Positions 26,515-32,322 of a DNA stretch of 32,322 nucleotides are shown here, in pieces. A model generated the notes under the pieces. It worked only from the letters and a program-made list of their open reading frames with translations, searched no databases and was not told where the DNA came from. Positions within the stretch are counted from its first letter, which is position 1, and each line of letters starts with the position of its first letter. Position numbers and translations under genes: made by a program. Source of the stretch: a virus. Taxonomy: Duplodnaviria > Caudoviricetes. The stretch is taken from positions 1 through 32,322 of IMG/VR virus record IMGVR_UViG_3300017785_002178. One strand, given 5' to 3'.

Positions 26515-26919
26515 TCATGGGTTTAATAATTGAGGGGTTTCGTAAATGTTACCGATAATATTTAGGCTCTTTTGTATATTCCAAAGATCATAGTTTTGCC
26601 AGATATGTGCAGATGATGGGTGTTTTTTATCAAATTCATTTGATAGTCTTACTCCACAAAAGCCCGTAGGCAAAACAAAAATTTCTCTTTTTGCGCCTTC
26701 ATCAGATTCATAATTATTAAAAGACATTGAACCATCTGTTTCTACAATATCCCCTTCATAAATTTCCTTTCCATTGCGGTCTTTTAGTCCGGTGTATTGC
26801 ATAATTATTGCGTCATCTCGAAGGAATCCGAAAAACCTCGATAGCTCAAAATTAGTGTCAATAGGCATAGTTAACATCTTGCCATCATCAAAGGCACGAA
26901 ATTTTATCTCTCTGTTCAT
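26515..26919 (-). CDS. YopX family protein, copy 1
   Basis: [28 protein letters not shown] and IGNIYETP motifs. Confidence 0.9.
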   Translation of the reverse strand: MNREIKFRAFDDGKMLTMPIDTNFELSRFFGFLRDDAIIMQYTGLKDRNGKEIYEGDIVETDGSMSFNNYESDEGAKREIFVLPTGFCGVRLSNEFDKKHPSSAHIWQNYDLWNIQKSLNIIGNIYETPQLLNP

Positions 26920-27030
26920 AACTCTACTTTTATTTCTTTGATGAAATTTGGATTCAAATTATAAGTACCTTGATTAATATAAACGTCACTGTAATACCTC
27001 TCACTTATTTTATTATAAGGATGAATAGTA

Positions 27031-27749
<719 letters not shown>

Positions 27750-27783
27750 GTTAATAGTTTTTTTTATTTTTCAATTACTTTTT

Positions 27784-28116
27784 TCATCTTGATATATTGC
27801 TTATATCCTTTAGCCTTAAATCGTATTTTGTTTTTTGCCCAATCATATAATTTCCGTCTATGGTGAAGTAATCTGTATCTCCCGGTATAAACTGCATTTC
27901 CCCATTTTCTTCGTATTTTACTCCGTCCCATTTTAAACCCAATGGGTATTCAGGATAAGAGCAGCTAAAAAAAAACTTTTTAAATAGTTTTCCGTTGCAT
28001 TCAATTCGATATGGGTCAGGCAAGATGCACTCAACTCTTGGATTTTGCGAATTTTTTCTCTTATAAAATTCGTTTAAAGCTAATTGAAATTCGATTAACT
28101 CATTAAGTTTTTTCAT
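27784..28116 (-). CDS. Hypothetical protein
   Basis: 110 aa ORF flanked by identical 20-bp repeats. Confidence 0.6.
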   Translation of the reverse strand: MKKLNELIEFQLALNEFYKRKNSQNPRVECILPDPYRIECNGKLFKKFFFSCSYPEYPLGLKWDGVKYEENGEMQFIPGDTDYFTIDGNYMIGQKTKYDLRLKDISNISR

Positions 28117-28268
28117 GTTAATAGTTTTTTGATTTGAATAATTGCTTCTTGAAAATCGTTTTCATAGGGTATTGGATTTATCTTAAAGTAAGCAAGGCCT
28201 GTCTTAAACATCCATGAAACCTTTTGCGGTGTATGCTCTATCGGCTTTTCAATGGGTTTCTTTTTCAT
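28113..28268 (-). CDS. Small hypothetical protein (51 aa)
   Basis: Not in the track. MKKKPIEKP...IKKLLT, coupled by TAATG upstream and ATGA downstream. Confidence 0.6.
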   Translation of the reverse strand: MKKKPIEKPIEHTPQKVSWMFKTGLAYFKINPIPYENDFQEAIIQIKKLLT

Positions 28269-28876
28269 TAAAACGGTAAATCATCTACTTGACTTGGTTG
28301 CGGCTGCTTGCTAATTTTCAAAGCTGCAAATTCAAGACTACCCTTCATCTTATCTTTGATAAAATCCGGCAGCATATCAAATTTATCAAAATCAAAATTA
28401 TCATAAGATAAAACGAATGTTGGGTTAATCTGATCGGGCAAGGTGAAGCCCTTTGGAATTGCTGTAATCCCGGCAATGTTATCGTAAATCTTGCTGCTGT
28501 CTGTCTTAGAAGGCGTATGCACAATGTTTATCATGCAGCCTACACTAATCAGTTTAGTAATGTCAAACATTTGCGCCTCCTGTTCTGTAAAGTCTTTGCC
28601 CCTCCAGCTTTTAAGGTCGGCTCTTAAAGATGATTTTTCATGTAAAGAAAGGGTGTATTCCTTAGATTTTACAATAGGCTGTTCGCCTTTTTCTTCATTA
28701 AATACTCGTAGTTCGGTAGGGAACTCCCAGCCTATACGAACCTTTTTCAAGGTCTTTGGGACTCCTTGGATAATCTCGTTTACTGTTCCGATTTCAATCA
28801 TTTGGTAACATCGTGCGATGTAGTTTCCTGCAGGGATCAGTTCCCTTTTTTGTGATGTGGTGGTTGCGTTAATCAT
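28268..28876 (-). CDS. Phage SSB-like/replication protein
   Basis: PAGNYIARCY..I.IGT, YTLSLHEKS.LR..L.SWRG and an acidic DDLPF C-terminal tail. Confidence 0.7.
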   Translation of the reverse strand: MINATTTSQKRELIPAGNYIARCYQMIEIGTVNEIIQGVPKTLKKVRIGWEFPTELRVFNEEKGEQPIVKSKEYTLSLHEKSSLRADLKSWRGKDFTEQEAQMFDITKLISVGCMINIVHTPSKTDSSKIYDNIAGITAIPKGFTLPDQINPTFVLSYDNFDFDKFDMLPDFIKDKMKGSLEFAALKISKQPQPSQVDDLPF

Positions 28877-29118
28877 TGTTTTTCGATTAAGTTGTTAAAA
28901 TTATTATTTATGTTGTTAAAATTATTAATAGCGATTTGTTCGATTTCTTTCAGGACTTCCGGCCAGTTGGTAACGGATATGGTCATTGATGCAGGAAGTT
29001 CATCGAAGTAGATAGCAGCCCCTGAATTTACCTTGTAAGCAATTACCGTAATGTACAGGTCATTTCGACCAGTAAGTGTGTAATCAAAGGGCACGTTGTA
29101 AAGAAATTCTTTTTTCAT
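28873..29118 (-). CDS. Hypothetical protein
   Basis: 81 aa, ATGA-coupled to the SSB-like gene. Confidence 0.6.
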   Translation of the reverse strand: MKKEFLYNVPFDYTLTGRNDLYITVIAYKVNSGAAIYFDELPASMTISVTNWPEVLKEIEQIAINNFNNINNNFNNLIEKQ

Positions 29119-29136
29119 TTTGTATGGTTTTAGTTT

Positions 29137-29418
29137 TTAACAAGAGTGTATTTTTAATAAGTATTCCCAAACGCCTGATGCTTCATGGTAATAATCTATT
29201 ATAATATAATAATTGTTGTAATAACTTATAATAAACATCGGCTGCTTACTTTCTTCACCAAACCAAGCTATCAATTTTATGTCATAAACCTTGCTTTTTA
29301 TTTTGATTTCGGTTCGATTAAGTTCTATCATTTTACCGGGAAATCTATCAATCCCACAAGTACGTAATTCCATTGATTGATTATGTATTAACAATTGTGC
29401 TTCTGTTTTGGTTATCAT
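29137..29418 (-). CDS. Hypothetical protein
   Basis: 93 aa ORF in the operon with an AAAACCATAAAAAAA leader. Confidence 0.55.
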   Translation of the reverse strand: MITKTEAQLLIHNQSMELRTCGIDRFPGKMIELNRTEIKIKSKVYDIKLIAWFGEESKQPMFIISYYNNYYIIIDYYHEASGVWEYLLKIHSC

Positions 29419-29436
29419 TTTTTTATGGTTTTAAGA

Positions 29437-29673
29437 TTAATAATCTTGTTTAACATCAACCGGGCATCCATCGTACTGCTTTAGCCTCTTCCACAAATTA
29501 GTGGTTGAATGTAACTGCTCCTGATGCTTTATGTAAGCACGGATAACGTCAGGCGATAGTACTTTCTTTTTGGTCGGCTTTGTCTGCTGTTCTTTCTCAT
29601 ATTCAGCGATGCACTCTTCGTTTTCTTTTTTGAAGATAGCAATTATTTGTTCAAGGGTAAATTCGTCTGTCAT
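29437..29673 (-). CDS. Hypothetical protein
   Basis: 78 aa ORF in the operon. Confidence 0.6.
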   Translation of the reverse strand: MTDEFTLEQIIAIFKKENEECIAEYEKEQQTKPTKKKVLSPDVIRAYIKHQEQLHSTTNLWKRLKQYDGCPVDVKQDY

Positions 29674-29712
29674 AATAAATGCAGTTGTTAGGATGCTGCA
29701 CCCCTGATTGGT

Positions 29713-29898
29713 TTACCAGTTTATTATTGCGTATGGATTAATCCCCATTTCTTTAACTAACTTTATAAGTCTGTTAAAGGTAATCTTAGAAACCTTTATT
29801 GTGATTGTGTTTTTTGTTTCATCAACTTTTTGATAATTAAAAGATGGGTATGCATTTTGCAAAAATTGATAATTGTGTTTTGCGATTAAGATGTTCAT
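29713..29898 (-). CDS. Hypothetical protein (61 aa, cassette 2)
   Basis: ATG lies within the 36-bp repeat and the stop lies within the trailer repeat. Confidence 0.6.
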   Translation of the reverse strand: MNILIAKHNYQFLQNAYPSFNYQKVDETKNTITIKVSKITFNRLIKLVKEMGINPYAIINW

Positions 29899-29956
29899 GA
29901 TTTTTAGTTTTTTGGTGATTTGATAAAGCAGTGTAGGATGCTGCACCCTTGATTGG

Positions 29957-30151
29957 TTAATAAGCGAATGGCGATACCTTTTTAGCATACTGCCGGCTTA
30001 CCCAGAATGATAATCTTGCCTTCATTCCGTTATTGTAGAAACGTGGCTCCATGTCTACACGTTCCATATTAGAACGACCGTTGTAATCCGATACTCTGAT
30101 AACTTTGTAGCCTGCTTTCTTAGCTGCTGTAATTGTGCGTGGGGTTGTCAT
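29957..30151 (-). CDS. Hypothetical basic protein (64 aa, cassette 1)
   Basis: ATG lies within the 36-bp repeat. First gene after the leftward promoter. Confidence 0.6.
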   Translation of the reverse strand: MTTPRTITAAKKAGYKVIRVSDYNGRSNMERVDMEPRFYNNGMKARLSFWVSRQYAKKVSPFAY

Positions 30152-30181
30152 GATTTTTAGTTTTTTGGTGATTTGATAAAG

Positions 30182-30213
30182 CAAATATACACCCTATAAA
30201 ATTACCAACCAAA
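30182..30213 (-). promoter_or_regulatory. Bacteroidota housekeeping-sigma promoter, leftward early
   Basis: TTTG (30213-30210), 20-nt spacer, TATATTTG (30189-30182), matching the -33/-7 consensus. Confidence 0.8.
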
Positions 30214-30256
30214 TTTATTTTTGTAAAATATATTTTTTTATTCGGATTATTCTTTG

Positions 30257-30264
30257 TAGGTTTG
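30257..30264 (+). promoter_or_regulatory. -7 box of the rightward promoter
   Basis: TAGGTTTG, 5 nt before ATG 30270. No clear -33 box. Confidence 0.55.
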
Positions 30265-30269
30265 CAATT

Positions 30270-30494
30270 ATGAAAGAAAATAAATCATACACACAGAAGC
30301 ACAAAGAAGCTGACGCCTTACTGGTAAAGGTTTACGGGGAATTATTAGATCAAAAAATCATTTCCAGCACCTGTATTGACATTGCCGAAAAACTGGGTAA
30401 AACTAACATGACTATCTTAAATTATTTCAGAGGTCGAGGTTCAGACGGGTATTTGAAGGATGCTATTTTAAACCAATTTAAAAACAAAATATGA
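30270..30494 (+). CDS. HTH DNA-binding protein (Cro-like)
   Basis: DIAEKLGKTNMTILNYFRG helix-turn-helix. First gene of the divergent rightward unit. Confidence 0.65.
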   Translation: MKENKSYTQKHKEADALLVKVYGELLDQKIISSTCIDIAEKLGKTNMTILNYFRGRGSDGYLKDAILNQFKNKI

Positions 30495-30685
30495 ACAAAG
30501 GATTATTCTTCCATTTAATTAGCACGGTTATAATTATTGCGGCATGGAAGTTTGTAATTTGGGATGAAGATGTAACCAAATATTTAAGAATTAGGCTTGT
30601 TGGGAGTTTATTTGCCATGAACATACTAATTTTTATTATTGCTTCAATAGAAGATTTTTACGATGAAAAAATAAAACTTTGGTAA
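30491..30685 (+). CDS. Small membrane protein
   Basis: Two hydrophobic segments, 64 aa. Confidence 0.5.
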   Translation: MNKGLFFHLISTVIIIAAWKFVIWDEDVTKYLRIRLVGSLFAMNILIFIIASIEDFYDEKIKLW

Positions 30686-30714
30686 TGTCAATTTTTTTTC
30701 CTATATTGCGGACG

Positions 30715-30808
30715 AGTTCAACACGAAAAGCAGTCGAGTTGAATTTATTTGGTTAATTCAAAGTCGGGTTAATGTGCTGCTTTCACATTTTCCCGACTTA
30801 TTTTTTTT
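30715..30808 (+). ncRNA. Structured cis-regulatory leader with kissing loops
   Basis: Two hairpins with complementary 7-nt loops AAAGCAG and CTGCTTT, then T8 and ATG. Confidence 0.65.
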
Positions 30809-31456
30809 ATGAAAAGAGATAGCGTAATTTTTTATCGGAGCTTTTTTGAGTCGATTCAGACACTTGACTTAGAGATACAGGCAGAGGTGTATAATGCTAT
30901 ATTCAACTACAGTTTGAACCATCTTGAACCAGATTTAACAGGTGTTTCGTTGGGTTTATTTATACTCATAAAACCACAGTTAGACGCTAATCATCAACGT
31001 TTTATAAACGGGAACAAGCAAAAAAATAAGCGAAACCGAAGCGAAACCGAAGCGAAACCGAATCAAAAGAAAAGCAAGAGGCAAGCTAATGCTAATGTAA
31101 ATGCTAATGTAAATGTAAATGTAAATGATAATGAGAATATAGGACTAACGTCCTCCGTTCCCGAAATTCATCCATCAAACTATAAACCGGTTTTAGAAAA
31201 AAAGAATTTCGCCCCGCCGGAAATTGATGATGTTGTGCAGGTCATGTCCGAAAAACTGGATGATTTTACTGCAATGGCTCAAGCAATACTTTTTATGAAC
31301 TATTACGAAAGCAACGGATGGAAGGTAGGTAAAAACAAAATGCAAAACTGGAAAGCCGCCGCCGCCGGCTGGATTACACGAATGAAACAATATGACAATG
31401 GAAAACAAAAACTTGGCACTTCAGCCGCAAGAATGGAAGCCCTCCGAAACTGGTAA
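30809..31456 (+). CDS. Replication initiator-like protein (DUF6291-type N-terminus)
   Basis: RDSVIFYRSF...IKPQLD N-domain, NVNVN linker and F..YYESNGWKVGKNKMQNWKAA C-domain. Confidence 0.75.
   Translation: MKRDSVIFYRSFFESIQTLDLEIQAEVYNAIFNYSLNHLEPDLTGVSLGLFILIKPQLDANHQRFINGNKQKNKRNRSETEAKPNQKKSKRQANANVNANVNVNVNDNENIGLTSSVPEIHPSNYKPVLEKKNFAPPEIDDVVQVMSEKLDDFTAMAQAILFMNYYESNGWKVGKNKMQNWKAAAAGWITRMKQYDNGKQKLGTSAARMEALRNW
31028..31138 (+). repeat. Iteron-like repeats, putative replication origin
   Basis: AAGCGAAACCG x3 (31028-31060) and nine GNNAAT hexamers (31085-31138). Confidence 0.7.
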
Positions 31457-32084
31457 GTTTGAGAAGGCTTTGCAAGGCTGCAAGATAAGACAAGAATCAC
31501 ACGAAAGGGTAAAGGAGTGCTTACGGATGTGTATGCTGAAAGTAGGCTTACGGGCCGCAAATATGCCTACTGATGAAGAAAAGGTTGTATTGATAAACCA
31601 CCTAACTACAAATTATTCCAACCATACCCTGAATGAAATTTTTTTAGCATTTGATATGGCAGTACTGGGTAGGTTGGAAGTTGATCCACAGCACTACGAA
31701 AACTTTTCGTGCTTGTATTTTTCCCAAATTATGAACGCTTACCAGTCATGGGCAAAAGAAAGGTATAAGGAACTTCCGAAAGAAAAGCCAAAAGAATTAC
31801 CTTCATCAACTGAACCAGCAACGGATGAGGATTGGATTGAGATCGGACGTTCCACATGGAACATGACAAAAAATGTTTTACTGATTCCGGCAAGAATTTA
31901 CAAATTATTAAAATTAAATCCTACTTTAGAGGAACAGGAGCAGATAAAGAAAGAGGCTGATTTAAGAATAAACAATATGCTTTATGTTGATAAGGATTAT
32001 TTTTTTGACGATGAAGAAAAGGAGAAATTTTATAATAGGCTGCTCCGTCAGATAGCAGTAAAGAACTATTTTGAAAGCAAATGA
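31398..32084 (+). CDS. Hypothetical replication-associated protein
   Basis: Follows the initiator gene. Contains EI.LAF.MA..G.L...HYENFS..YF..I..AY. Function unknown. Confidence 0.6.
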   Translation: MENKNLALQPQEWKPSETGKFEKALQGCKIRQESHERVKECLRMCMLKVGLRAANMPTDEEKVVLINHLTTNYSNHTLNEIFLAFDMAVLGRLEVDPQHYENFSCLYFSQIMNAYQSWAKERYKELPKEKPKELPSSTEPATDEDWIEIGRSTWNMTKNVLLIPARIYKLLKLNPTLEEQEQIKKEADLRINNMLYVDKDYFFDDEEKEKFYNRLLRQIAVKNYFESK

Positions 32085-32322
32085 GAGCAAAGAGGATTGA
32101 TGCAAATCAGAATGAAATTGTAAACCAGTTACGAAAGATTAAGGCATCTGTTTTTATCACTTCAATGGTCGGAAAAGGATTCCCGGATATTGTTGTGGGC
32201 TTAAGAGGGATAAACTTTTTAATTGAATTGAAGGATAGCAGCAAACCAAACAGCGCAAAAAAGCTAACGACTGATGAGCAGGCATTTTTTGACACATGGA
32301 AGGGAACGGTTTATAAATGCGA
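32081..32322 (+). CDS. VRR-NUC/PD-(D/E)XK nuclease, 3'-truncated by the window edge
   Basis: Not in the track. MRAKRIDANQNEIV...GKGFPDIVVG...LIELKD...KLTTDEQAFF. Confidence 0.8.
   Translation, partial: MRAKRIDANQNEIVNQLRKIKASVFITSMVGKGFPDIVVGLRGINFLIELKDSSKPNSAKKLTTDEQAFFDTWKGTVYKC

Larger units (their letters stand above)
29681..30183. repeat. Two tandem cassettes sharing leader and trailer repeats
   Basis: Identical 36-mer at 29895-29930 and 30148-30183. Near-identical trailer at 29681-29715 and 29928-29960. Confidence 0.9.

Noticed and set aside
29681-30183. CRISPR array (36-bp repeat)
   Set aside because: There are only two copies, about 217 bp apart, the gap holds an ORF, and no cas genes are present.
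32107-32295. 62-aa - strand track ORF
   Set aside because: It is antisense to the VRR-NUC gene that starts at 32081.

Overview
This window is most of a tailed dsDNA phage genome, probably a siphovirus infecting Bacteroidota. The host call rests on TTTG-N20-TAnnTTTG promoters, AT-rich translation starts without obvious Shine-Dalgarno sites, and Gln-rule signal peptides. The + strand from 1 to 24009 carries glycan-modifying genes, terminase, a frameshifting tail-chaperone-like gene, tail, tape measure, head, portal, fibre/depolymerase and lysis genes in a non-lambdoid order. The - strand from 24013 to 30151 is an early accessory operon of small genes (Acb2/Tad1-like, two YopX, SSB-like), several of them flanked by direct repeats. 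The + strand from 30270 to the end has an HTH regulator, a replication initiator with iterons and a VRR-NUC nuclease. No integrase, tRNA, CRISPR array or reverse transcriptase was seen. The most notable observations are four late-module fibre/spike-like proteins with Sec signal peptides, repeat-flanked single-gene cassettes, a kissing-loop RNA leader before the replication gene, a small structured antisense RNA in the lysis module, and pre-start-codon pseudoknots. All product calls come from motif recognition by eye, not from database searches.
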